DNA of 62,087 bases, filler included. It is 4 parts of 4 records of this genome, joined end to end, with 100 filler letters (N's around TTAATTAATTAA, not from the genome) between each part and the next. Parts side by side here need not be neighbours in the genome. Positions count along the whole stretch, not along the records: positions 1 to 30,412 come from SRR31156797_4520; 3 more parts are not named here. The stretch is one strand, 5' to 3'. Position numbers and translations under genes: made by a program. The notes beneath the pieces are model-generated. The model had not been told where the DNA came from, did no database searches, and saw only the letters and a program-made list of their open reading frames with translations. Positions 8,990 to 17,689 of the stretch are shown piece after piece. How positions within the stretch are numbered: position 1 is the stretch's first letter; every line of letters starts with the position of its first letter.

Positions 8990-10195
8990 TTATTTGTCGG
9001 TTTTTTCTTTAATTGCTGCAGCAATGGAAACACCGAGCTGGAAGCATTCTTTGAGAGTGTCGTGGTCAGGGCGGTTCTTGGCTTTGATCTGGGGTTCGAT
9101 AATATCGCAGCCCATTTTCTCAAGCCATTCGTTGAGGATTTTTACACACTCACCGGACCAGCCGAAGGAACCAACTGCTGCACCGATCTTGTCTTGGGGA
9201 CGCAGGCCTTTAACGTAGGTCAGGGCGTCGGCCATTCCGGGCAGGATTCCGTTGTTGTGGGTCGGTGAACCGATAACAATAGCGGCGGAGTCAAAGACTT
9301 CGCTCATGATGTCGCTATGGTGGTTGGCCTTTACGGACATTACTTTCACGGAAATGCCTTCGGATACGAGACCGGAAGCAACAGCATTAATCATGCGTTC
9401 GGTGGAGCTCCACATGGTATCGTAGAACAGGGTCGCCTTATTTTTGGGTTCCTGTTTTGCGAATTCCATGTATTTTTCAAGAGCAAATGCGCAGTCTTCA
9501 CCGCGGAACATGAGGCCGTGGTCCGGGCAGATCATGTCTACATCAAGGTTGAGGCCCGCGAAGGTCTCAAGGGTCTTGATAACCTTGGAGGAGTATGGGG
9601 TGATGATGTTTGCATAGTACTGCTGCATGTGGTCTTCGACCATTTCTTTGCTCATTTCATCTACCCAGCGTTCACTGGCGGCAATGTTTTGGCCGAATGC
9701 GTCACTGGTGAAGAGCAGTTTGTCTTCGGGACAAAAGGTGAACATGTTGTCAGGCCAGTGCAGCATGCGGGTTTCATAGAAACGCAGGGTACGCTTACCG
9801 ATTGAAACTTCTTCACCGGGCTTTACTACGTGGACAGGCCAGTCTTTGCTGTCAAAAAACGTTGCAATATTTTTTCCGCCCATTACGGAGACAAAGATCT
9901 TTTCGGGCTTGCAGAGCTCGACCATTTTTTCGAGACAGCCAGCGTGGTCAGGCTCGAGGTGGTTGACTACGATGTAGTCGATCTCTTCAGGCTTGGTCAG
10001 GTGGGAAAGGGAGCAGAGAAATTGGCTCTCAGATCCTTTGGAAACAGTATCCACCAGAACTTTTTTTTCATCTTCAATGTAGAAAGCATTGTAGGTGGTT
10101 CCGTTCGCGGAGCGGGCATAGCCGTGAAAGTTACGGCAGTTCCAGTCCACAACTCCGATCCAATGTACGCCTTCTTTAATTTCAACAGGTCTCAC
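8990..10195 (-). CDS. roo: Rubredoxin-oxygen oxidoreductase (flavodiiron protein, FprA family)
   Basis: GTTYNA, NHLEPDH, MLHWPD, SDAFGQ, PDHG, flavodoxin domain TMWSSTE...GSFGWSGE. Confidence 0.95.
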   Translation of the reverse strand: MRPVEIKEGVHWIGVVDWNCRNFHGYARSANGTTYNAFYIEDEKKVLVDTVSKGSESQFLCSLSHLTKPEEIDYIVVNHLEPDHAGCLEKMVELCKPEKIFVSVMGGKNIATFFDSKDWPVHVVKPGEEVSIGKRTLRFYETRMLHWPDNMFTFCPEDKLLFTSDAFGQNIAASERWVDEMSKEMVEDHMQQYYANIITPYSSKVIKTLETFAGLNLDVDMICPDHGLMFRGEDCAFALEKYMEFAKQEPKNKATLFYDTMWSSTERMINAVASGLVSEGISVKVMSVKANHHSDIMSEVFDSAAIVIGSPTHNNGILPGMADALTYVKGLRPQDKIGAAVGSFGWSGECVKILNEWLEKMGCDIIEPQIKAKNRPDHDTLKECFQLGVSIAAAIKEKTDK

Positions 10196-10237
10196 TTGAA
10201 TATTCCTAATATAATTTTGTTGGTTTATTTATGCGCA

Positions 10238-10265
10238 GAAAGCCGGGACATGAGGCCCGGCTTTC
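10238..10265 (-). terminator. Hairpin or partial terminator between rubredoxin and roo
   Basis: gaaagccggg-acatgagg-cccggctttc. Confidence 0.55.
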
Positions 10266-10299
10266 CGTTATTATTTTGGATGAAGTAAAAGATTAGAGC

Positions 10300-10458
10300 T
10301 TAATCTTCTGGCTCGAAATCATCCTTGCCTGCGCCGCAGACCGGGCATTCCCAATCCTCGGGGATATCTTCAAATTTGGTACCGGGAGCGATTCCGCCAT
10401 CCGGGTCACCTTCAGCAGGATCGTAAACCCATCCACAAATAGTACATACGTATTTCAT
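10300..10458 (-). CDS. rub: Rubredoxin (52 aa)
   Basis: [14 protein letters not shown]...WECPVCG; start corrected to ATG 10458. Confidence 0.95.
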   Translation of the reverse strand: MKYVCTICGWVYDPAEGDPDGGIAPGTKFEDIPEDWECPVCGAGKDDFEPED

Positions 10459-10481
10459 CTCTTCTCTCCGTGATGGTTTAG

Positions 10482-10661
10482 TTAGCCTAAAGGCTTGAAA
10501 GATTTTTTGCTTGCGCCGCAGACCGGGCATTTCCAGTCTTCAGGCAGGTCGGCAAAAGCTGTACCCTTAGGGGTTTTGCTTTTACGGTCACCCTTGTCAG
10601 GGTTGTAAATATAGCCGCAATTGTTAATCTGACATTGATACATGTCTTTAGGTTCAGCCAT
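10482..10661 (-). CDS. rdl: Rubredoxin-like protein with CX4C...CXXC motif (59 aa, absent from ORF track)
   Basis: Hand translation: [59 protein letters not shown]. Confidence 0.9.
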   Translation of the reverse strand: MAEPKDMYQCQINNCGYIYNPDKGDRKSKTPKGTAFADLPEDWKCPVCGASKKSFKPLG

Positions 10662-10675
10662 ATTATTATCCTGCC

Positions 10676-11059
10676 TTATGCCTTCCAGAGGCCGTGCAGG
10701 TTACAGTAAGCACGGGCAGTGACCGGGCCATCGTCAAACTTGCAGCCGCAGAATTCAGCTTCAGGGGCTTCACCGGGGTTAAGCTGCTTGAAGTAACGGT
10801 TGTTGCCGGAAACCAGTTCGATCCATTCGATCCAGTGTTTTTCATCCATGGGGTGGGCAACTTCGCCAACCTTCACTTTGTAGCCGTCTTCGATCTTTTC
10901 GATAACCGGAACGTGCTTTTCCTTCGCTGCATCAACGGTGTTTTCAGTCATGAGGACCATGTCTGATCCACAGCAAGCAAGGTTGCCGGGACCGGCATGA
11001 AGAACCAGAGTGATGTTACCGCAACCTTCGCATTTATATACTTCGTACAGTTCAGCCAT
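10676..11059 (-). CDS. dfx: Desulfoferrodoxin (superoxide reductase)
   Basis: [33 protein letters not shown]. Confidence 0.96.
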   Translation of the reverse strand: MAELYEVYKCEGCGNITLVLHAGPGNLACCGSDMVLMTENTVDAAKEKHVPVIEKIEDGYKVKVGEVAHPMDEKHWIEWIELVSGNNRYFKQLNPGEAPEAEFCGCKFDDGPVTARAYCNLHGLWKA

Positions 11060-11090
11060 TTTAATACTCCACTGGGGTTAAGGTTATCGA

Positions 11091-11666
11091 CTACCAGTTC
11101 TCACAGACTACTTGAAAATGTGCCTGAGGATGGTCACATGCAGGGCATTTGTGCGGTGCGGAATCACCTTCGTGGGTGTATCCACAGTTCTGACACTGCC
11201 AGATAATAGCGTTGTCCTTTTTGAATACCTTGTCGTCTTCAATGTTCTTGGCAAGAGCAAGATATCTTTTTTCGTGAAATTCTTCGGCTACTGCGATTGC
11301 GCGGAAAACTGTGGCAATTGCGCTGAAGCCTTCTTCTTCTGCAATTTTGGCGAATTCGGGGTACATTTCTTCCCACTCGTGTCTTTCGCCACCGGCAGCT
11401 TCTTTGAGGTTGTCAATGGTGGAACCGATTACTCCAGCAGGGAAGGATGCAGTTACTTCCACTTCGCCGCCTTCAAGAAGTTTGAACAGCCTTTTAGCGT
11501 GCTCTTTTTCCTGATTAGCAGTTTCTTCGAATACGTTGGAAATCTGCACATAACCTTCCTTTTTAGCCTTGGAGGCGAAGTAGGTGTAACGGTTACGGGC
11601 CTGAGATTCTCCTGCGAATGCGGTCAGGATATTTTTTTCTGTTCTGGAACCTTTGAGTTGGGACAT
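11091..11666 (-). CDS. rbr: Rubrerythrin
   Basis: AFAGESQARNRY, EKEHA, EEFHE, CQNCG..CPACDHP; ATG 11666 with AGGAG RBS. Confidence 0.96.
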   Translation of the reverse strand: MSQLKGSRTEKNILTAFAGESQARNRYTYFASKAKKEGYVQISNVFEETANQEKEHAKRLFKLLEGGEVEVTASFPAGVIGSTIDNLKEAAGGERHEWEEMYPEFAKIAEEEGFSAIATVFRAIAVAEEFHEKRYLALAKNIEDDKVFKKDNAIIWQCQNCGYTHEGDSAPHKCPACDHPQAHFQVVCENW

Positions 11667-11827
11667 GAGCTTCTCCTTATCTCGCTGCCTTGCGCAGCAG
11701 ATTGTATAGACGAAATAGCTACTGCAATATTTAACAGTTAATAGCGCCGCTGTCAGGTTTTTAGACAAAAAAATAACATCTCCATATTTAAGTACGGGTA
11801 TTAAATGAAGATGTTATTTAAAAAAGA

Positions 11828-12217
11828 TTATTGTATTTTAGTTTGGCATTCCGGACATAAGCCGAAATACTCAATCGAACATCCTTTTACATCGTACCCT
11901 CTGGCGTCAACTTCGTTGATTTCAGGGGCGATGATTTCATTCATGACATCATCTACCTTACCGCATTGTATACATCTGATATGTGGATGCGGTTCGGCAT
12001 TTCCATCAAATCTGTTCTTTCCACTTGTCTCAATTTTGAGGATGACTCCGTTGTCCGCCATAAGTTCTAAGTTGCGGTATACGGTGCCCAAACTGATGTT
12101 GGGGAGTCGTTTACGTACTCTTTCATATAGCTCATCCGCAGTGGGATGGCAGGTCAGTCCTTTGAGTTCCTCAAGAATGAGTTCTCTTTGTTTTGAACGT
12201 CTTTGTCCTATTTTCAT
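11828..12217 (-). CDS. perR: Fur-family peroxide stress regulator
   Basis: HPTADELY, ISLGTVYRNL, HPHIRCIQCG, CPEC; heads the rbr cluster; ATG 12217 with GAGGTG RBS. Confidence 0.88.
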   Translation of the reverse strand: MKIGQRRSKQRELILEELKGLTCHPTADELYERVRKRLPNISLGTVYRNLELMADNGVILKIETSGKNRFDGNAEPHPHIRCIQCGKVDDVMNEIIAPEINEVDARGYDVKGCSIEYFGLCPECQTKIQ

Positions 12218-12234
12218 GTGCACCTCTTGCACAT

Positions 12235-12263
12235 AAAGTAGTAATAGTTCCTGTTTGTGTCAA
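12235..12263 (-). promoter_or_regulatory. perR sigma70 promoter overlapped by a putative PerR operator
   Basis: TTGACA-17 bp-TACTTT; 19-bp imperfect palindrome AGTAGTAATAGTTCCTGTT at 12237-12255. Confidence 0.65.
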
Positions 12264-12409
12264 CTGTTTTTAAGGTGTTGATTGTGGAGATATCACACTT
12301 GAAAGGTATGATAAAGCGGGGGGTAGTTGAAAAGAATAGATACTTGCAGTCTGCCCGAATTCAAGCTATCCCTTGAATAATTGGATTAATTGTAATCGCC
12401 GGAGTTTCC

Positions 12410-13276
12410 TTGCCCAGCCTGAAGACCCTAATTCTACACCCGGACGCCGAGATCCGCACTGCTATCCGCGAAGCCCTTAGCGGGGTCAAGCTGGTGCGCG
12501 TGTTGGGCGAAACCGTTTGCGCTGATGAAGCTTTAGAGCTGCATAAGGCCGTGGGGTACGGGATCATTTTTCTTGGCTTTGACTATAATGAAGGCATAAG
12601 CGGTGCTGAGCTGGCCCAAGCACTGGGAGCGAGTAAGCACAAACCCGGACTAATCTTTATTGCCGGGGATGAAACCAAGGCTTATGAGGCTTTTGAGCTG
12701 GGAGCTGTTGATTATCTTATCTGGCCTCCGGATGAAGAACGTATGCAGAAGACCTTGGAGCGTATTGCCCGATTTAAGAGCCATTTCCGGGAAATTCCTG
12801 AACCTTCGGACTGGAAGGAGTCCGGGACCGGGGTGGAGACCGGGGAAGAGACCCTACAGCTTTCCCTTGGCGAGGATGAACAGGACAAATTTCTTTCCGC
12901 ACTCAAGAATGCATGGGATTTTTCCCAGACCCGCCAGCCGGAGATAGAAAAGCTTCCGGTGAATCAGGACGGGCGCATGATGCTCATCCCTTATACCCAG
13001 ATCATTTTTGTGGAAGCTTATGAAGATTACTCTTACGTGCACACCGCCAATCAGAAATTTCTTACCTCGCACAGGTTGAAAAACCTTGAGGAGCGCCTTG
13101 GCCCGCACCGTTTTTTCAGGGTGCATCGCAAATATCTGGTAAATTTGGAAATGGTTACAGAAATTGCTTCCCTGCCGGGTAGTAACTTCATGCTCCGCAC
13201 AGCAGGCCGTACAAGGATCGAACTGCCCATCAGCCGTAGGCGGATCAGTAAACTCAAGCAGATTCTGGGGATGTGA
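12410..13276 (+). CDS. LytTR-family regulator with atypical receiver domain
   Basis: C-terminal FFRVHRKYLVNL...LPISRRR LytTR domain; receiver-like N-terminus lacking conserved Asp/Lys. Confidence 0.88.
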   Translation: MPSLKTLILHPDAEIRTAIREALSGVKLVRVLGETVCADEALELHKAVGYGIIFLGFDYNEGISGAELAQALGASKHKPGLIFIAGDETKAYEAFELGAVDYLIWPPDEERMQKTLERIARFKSHFREIPEPSDWKESGTGVETGEETLQLSLGEDEQDKFLSALKNAWDFSQTRQPEIEKLPVNQDGRMMLIPYTQIIFVEAYEDYSYVHTANQKFLTSHRLKNLEERLGPHRFFRVHRKYLVNLEMVTEIASLPGSNFMLRTAGRTRIELPISRRRISKLKQILGM

Positions 13277-13277
13277 C

Positions 13278-13313
13278 CATGCCGCTTACCGATACACTCA
13301 TGCCGTTTGCCGA
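13278..13313 (+). promoter_or_regulatory. Putative LytTR binding site (direct repeat, 21-bp period) upstream of acs
   Basis: CATGCCGCTTACCGA (13278) and CATGCCGTTTGCCGA (13299). Confidence 0.6.
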
Positions 13314-13432
13314 ATATGGGCTGCATTGTCCGCACCGAGTACGTACATATAAAATCGGACAAACCGTTCTTGGGGTTAAGCAAGTTTTAAATTTCGAGGT
13401 GTCTTTGGCTGGATTAACGAATGGAGGGCGTA

Positions 13433-15301
13433 GTGGATCATAAAGAAACACTGGACAGCCTGTTGCATGAAGAGAGGGTTTTCCGCCCCCTGCCTCAGAT
13501 GCTTATTGATGCCGGGGTCAATCCGCAGGACCTGCGCGCTGCGCGAGAATTGGCGGAGGTGGATCTCTGTTCTTATTGGGAAGAAGCAGCTGAAGAATTG
13601 GACTGGTTCAAAAAATGGGAACATGTATGCGATGTTTCCGATGCCCCCAATTACCGCTGGTTCAGCGGCGCTCGCTGCAACATTGTCTATAATGCTCTTG
13701 ACCGCCATATCGAGACAGTAAACAAGAACCGTCTGGCCTTGATCTGGGAAGGTGAGCCGGGAGATTCCCGTCAATACACCTATTATGAACTTTACCGGGC
13801 AGTGAACCGTTTTGCCAATGGACTTAGAGGGCTTGGTGTCGGCAAGGGGGACCGGGTCGTCCTTTATATGCCCCAGCTTCCTGAAACTGTCATCGCCATG
13901 CTGGCCTGCGCCCGTATCGGGGCAGTGCATTCCATGGTCTTTTCTGGCTTTTCTGCGCGGCTGCTGCGTGAGCGTGTTCGTGAGGTTGATCCCCGAGTGG
14001 TGGTTACTGTGGACGGTTTTTACCGCAATGGTCAGGTTATCCGTCTCAAAGAGGAAGTGGACCGCGCTCTGCTGGATGATCCTGCACAGACCTTGGAGTC
14101 TGTTGTTGTGGTCCACCGGGCTAACGTGGACGTGAATATGGATTCAGCCCGTGACTACTGGTACGAGGATCTGGTGCGGCATGAGCGTTCTCATGCCCCT
14201 GCGGAGATAATGGCTGCTGATGATCCTCTATTCATCCTGCACACTTCCGGCACCACCGGAAAGCCTAAAGGCTTGGTCCATTCTCACGGCGGTTACATGG
14301 TCGGAGTACACCGGACTTTTAAATGGGTTTTTGATCTCAAGCCTACTGATATTTTCTGGTGTTCCGCTGATCCGGGATGGATCACCGGACACAGTTATCT
14401 TGTTTACGGTCCGCTGCTGGCCGGGACCACCACGGTTATGTATGAGGGCCATTCCCTCTATCCGCAGGCCGACCGTCTCTGGAATATTGTTTCCAAGTAC
14501 GGGGTTACCATTTTTTATACCTCGCCAACCCAGATCAGGACCCTTATGCGGTTCGGGCACCGTTATCCGGAACAGCACGATCTTTCCTCTCTGCGCATTC
14601 TCGGTGCTGTGGGTGAGCCGTTTAACACCGAAGCATGGCTTTGGATGTATGAGAATATCGGTAAAGGTCAGTGTCCGGTCTTGGATACATGGTGGCAGAC
14701 TGAGACCGGAATGATTATGATCAGTCCGTTGCCGGTATCCGTCCTTAAGCCCGGTTCTGTAACCAGACCCCTGCCCGGTATTGAGGCCGATGTCGTCGAT
14801 GTTGAGGGTAATTCCGTGCCGGAAGGCAAGGGCGGTCTGTTGGTCATTAAGAAACCTTGGCCGGCCATGTTCAGTGATGTGCTCGGGGACCGTAAAGAGG
14901 TCATGGATCATTATTGGAAGCGCATTCCGGGTATGTTCTATGCCGGGGATGTGGCCCGCAAGGATGAAGACGGTTATTTTTGGATTCAGGGCCGCGCTGA
15001 CGATGTTCTCAACATTTCAGGACACCGGATTGGAACCGCCGAGGTGGAGTGCGCGTTGACCAAGCATCCGCAGGTTGCGGAAGCTGTTGTGGTTGGGGTT
15101 GTGGATAAGATTAAGGGGCAGGTCGCCAAGGCTTATGTTACCTTAAACCATGGTTTTGTAGAATCCGACGACTTGCACCGGGAACTGAAAGAGCAAGTCC
15201 GCCGAGAGCTTGGTCCCATCGTTATCGTGCGTTCTATTGAATTTAGGGACGAGTTGCCCAAGACTTCCAGCGGGAAGATCAAGCGCACTGAGTTGTGCTG
15301 A
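13433..15301 (+). CDS. acs: Acetate--CoA ligase (AMP-forming)
   Basis: HTSGTTGKPKG, ADPGWITGH, DTWWQTETG, GRADDV, LPKTSSGKI; GTG 13433 with GGAGG RBS. Confidence 0.9.
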   Translation: MDHKETLDSLLHEERVFRPLPQMLIDAGVNPQDLRAARELAEVDLCSYWEEAAEELDWFKKWEHVCDVSDAPNYRWFSGARCNIVYNALDRHIETVNKNRLALIWEGEPGDSRQYTYYELYRAVNRFANGLRGLGVGKGDRVVLYMPQLPETVIAMLACARIGAVHSMVFSGFSARLLRERVREVDPRVVVTVDGFYRNGQVIRLKEEVDRALLDDPAQTLESVVVVHRANVDVNMDSARDYWYEDLVRHERSHAPAEIMAADDPLFILHTSGTTGKPKGLVHSHGGYMVGVHRTFKWVFDLKPTDIFWCSADPGWITGHSYLVYGPLLAGTTTVMYEGHSLYPQADRLWNIVSKYGVTIFYTSPTQIRTLMRFGHRYPEQHDLSSLRILGAVGEPFNTEAWLWMYENIGKGQCPVLDTWWQTETGMIMISPLPVSVLKPGSVTRPLPGIEADVVDVEGNSVPEGKGGLLVIKKPWPAMFSDVLGDRKEVMDHYWKRIPGMFYAGDVARKDEDGYFWIQGRADDVLNISGHRIGTAEVECALTKHPQVAEAVVVGVVDKIKGQVAKAYVTLNHGFVESDDLHRELKEQVRRELGPIVIVRSIEFRDELPKTSSGKIKRTELC

Positions 15302-15302
15302 T

Positions 15303-16169
15303 CTATCCCTTCAATCCCATTTCAGAGCTGATAAAATCTGCAAATGACGCGACAACCTTGGAACTGCGTCCGGGAGGGTAGCGCAGGGCCAGGTGTACCG
15401 GTGCAATTTCCGGCAGTCCGTCCATGGGGCTCGCATGACGGCATCCTTCAACCTGCGTATCTTTGGTCACCGGGGCAATGGCAATTCCGGCTTTGACAGC
15501 TCCTGTAACTCCTGCAAGGCTTGGGCTGCGGTATATGACTCTATGTTTTCGTGAATTTTTCTCCAGCGCTTGCAATGCATTATGGCAATAGCAGCAGTCC
15601 TGGTGGTATAATGCCAATGGCAATACCTCGTGATCAGCAGGGTTTATATGTTCAGACATGATCCAGACCAGATCAAGCGGGATTGAATTTGCTGAACTCT
15701 GGCTTTCAGTTGTAATCATCAAATCAAGTTTCTTGTCATTAAGCAGGGGGTCCAGCTTGTAGGTGTCATCGCAAAGGACTTCTACCTGCACCATAGGGTG
15801 TGACATGGCGAACCGTTTTAGTGCATTGGGCAGATGCTGGGTCGCATAATCGTCCGGTGCCCCGATGCGCACATGTCCGCTCAGTTCGGGCTGAACTATG
15901 GCCGCAACTGCTTCATCATATAAATCAAGAATCTTACGAGCATACCCGTAGAGGACTTTTCCTTTCGGGGTTAATGTTGCCTTCCTCCCTTCTCGTACAA
16001 AGAGATCAAAACCAAGCTCTTCCTCCAATCGTTTGATCTGCAGGCTGACAGCGGCCTGAGTGCGAAAAACTAGTTTAGCGGTTTGAGTAAAGCTGCCCGT
16101 ATCAGTAACGAGTATATATGAACGCAATATGTCCGGCGGAAGTTGTCCAAGGATATTTTGATTAGCCAT
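15303..16169 (-). CDS. LysR-family transcriptional regulator
   Basis: GSFTQTAKLVFRTQAAVSLQIKRLEEELG HTH and substrate-binding domain. Confidence 0.92.
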   Translation of the reverse strand: MANQNILGQLPPDILRSYILVTDTGSFTQTAKLVFRTQAAVSLQIKRLEEELGFDLFVREGRKATLTPKGKVLYGYARKILDLYDEAVAAIVQPELSGHVRIGAPDDYATQHLPNALKRFAMSHPMVQVEVLCDDTYKLDPLLNDKKLDLMITTESQSSANSIPLDLVWIMSEHINPADHEVLPLALYHQDCCYCHNALQALEKNSRKHRVIYRSPSLAGVTGAVKAGIAIAPVTKDTQVEGCRHASPMDGLPEIAPVHLALRYPPGRSSKVVASFADFISSEMGLKG

Positions 16170-16171
16170 AT

Positions 16172-16186
16172 TTATGCAATATATAA
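16172..16186. promoter_or_regulatory. LysR-type T-N11-A operator
   Basis: TTAT-gcaatat-ATAA immediately upstream of the lysR start, between divergent genes. Confidence 0.5.
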
Positions 16187-16267
16187 AAACGATTAATTTG
16201 TCTAATCTGCTTTGCTGGAGCATATTCTGATTTAAGGAATTCATGTTGATAAATCAGAGAGTACTAA

Positions 16268-16534
16268 GTGAAACAACTCGTTAAAATACGGCTGCTTCAA
16301 ATTGTTGCAGAAAAAGAATTGATCAGCTCAGATACCCTTTTCGAAATCATCGCTCAGGAGTATGAGGGGGAGAGCTTCGTAACGCCGGATACTTTAGATG
16401 AGTACCTGCGTGTATTTTCCATGCGGGGGTTGTTGGAAACGAGGCAGACAAATTCAGTCACATTTGACGGTGTAGACCAGAAGATGTGCCGTGTAACTGA
16501 TATGGGGAAACGAAGCTTAAAGGCTTTGTTGTAG
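16268..16534 (+). CDS. Small hypothetical protein, possibly winged-helix
   Basis: 88 aa; GLL...VTDMGK wHTH-like end; directly upstream of the SMR gene. Confidence 0.55.
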   Translation: MKQLVKIRLLQIVAEKELISSDTLFEIIAQEYEGESFVTPDTLDEYLRVFSMRGLLETRQTNSVTFDGVDQKMCRVTDMGKRSLKALL

Positions 16535-16567
16535 TGAAATTACAACCGAGAAGGAAATCAAATAATA

Positions 16568-16900
16568 ATGACCGCCTATATAAATCTTACTATCGCAATT
16601 GTATTTGAAGTTGTGGCAACCAGCGCCCTGAAAGCATCTGAAGGGTTTACCAAGCTGGTTCCCAGCATTATCGTGGTTTTAGGGTATGTTGCTACTTTTT
16701 ACTTTTTTTCACAGGTACTCAAAACCATGCCGGTTGGTGTTGCTTATGCCATCTGGTGTGGATTGGGGATTATTCTGGTTACCCTTATGGGTATTTTCCT
16801 ATATGGGCAGACTCCTGACTTACCTGCTATTTTAGGTATGGCTCTTATTTTGATCGGCGTATGCGTCATTAACTATTTTTCCAAAACCATTGTTCATTAA
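16568..16900 (+). CDS. SMR-family small multidrug efflux protein (EmrE/QacE-like)
   Basis: AIVFEVVATSALKASEGFT, PVGVAYAIWCGLG; four TM helices. Confidence 0.93.
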   Translation: MTAYINLTIAIVFEVVATSALKASEGFTKLVPSIIVVLGYVATFYFFSQVLKTMPVGVAYAIWCGLGIILVTLMGIFLYGQTPDLPAILGMALILIGVCVINYFSKTIVH

Positions 16901-16920
16901 ACTTTCTTCCTCCCTTATAG

Positions 16921-16963
16921 CAAAGCCCCTCCTGCAAACATCAGTTCGCGTGGAGGGGCTTTG
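16921..16963. terminator. Terminator hairpin between convergent genes
   Basis: caaagcccctcc...ggaggggctttg. Confidence 0.7.
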
Positions 16964-16992
16964 TCATTCTCTCTATTTAAAGAACTATTATT

Positions 16993-17670
16993 TTATCTTG
17001 CAATCATAGCACGCAGCATGTCGGCACAGGTCTCAGCCTGGTGCGCCATTTCGTTAAGGCAGTCTACGAAGTGCGTGAGCTGGTAGATATTTTTAAAATC
17101 CATGTCGGAATTGTAGATTTTCTTGGTCAGTTCTTTGCGCATTTCCATTGAACGAGCATAGTGCTTGCGGACTTTGCGGAACTTGTTTTTGGTGCCTTCG
17201 CGGTCAATGGACTTGCCGTCATTGAGGGCAATGGTTGCCTTCAGGGCGGGGCCGAGGCTGGTGGTGGTGTCGTTGACTTCGGAGAGTAGCAGGATCAGGT
17301 CTTTCTGGTATTCAGAGGGGATGGCTACCTTGCGCATAGCTAACCAGTGCAGTGCTTCCTGTGCATTGTCCAGAATGTTGTCCTGACTGCGGGTGTAGTT
17401 GAAGAACAGAACCTTATCCACGGACATGAACATGGAGTGCGGCAGGTGGTTGCGGATGGAGCGTTTAATTTTATCTGCCTGACCTTCAACGGTATCAATC
17501 TGTTCGATCAATTCACTGAATTCGCGGCAGGTGTCGTTTCCGGCAACATAGCACTCAACTGAATCGTTGATAATGTGGATGCACTCAGCGATTTTGTTGT
17601 AGTGCTTGACCAGCCCGTCCATGGGGTCCTTGTTAACGATGAGGCCTAAGAAAGGAAGACGAAAGTGCAT
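16993..17670 (-). CDS. DUF47/PhoU-like phosphate transport regulator
   Basis: EGQADKIKRSIR...QDNILD...ETCAD pattern; directly downstream of a PiT transporter. Confidence 0.85.
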   Translation of the reverse strand: MHFRLPFLGLIVNKDPMDGLVKHYNKIAECIHIINDSVECYVAGNDTCREFSELIEQIDTVEGQADKIKRSIRNHLPHSMFMSVDKVLFFNYTRSQDNILDNAQEALHWLAMRKVAIPSEYQKDLILLLSEVNDTTTSLGPALKATIALNDGKSIDREGTKNKFRKVRKHYARSMEMRKELTKKIYNSDMDFKNIYQLTHFVDCLNEMAHQAETCADMLRAMIAR

Positions 17671-17689
17671 AGTGTTCTCCTTGTTTTAT

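Noticed and set aside
10300-10530. 76-aa extended rubredoxin from the ORF track
   Set aside because: The extension overlaps the separate rdl gene; the real start is ATG 10458.
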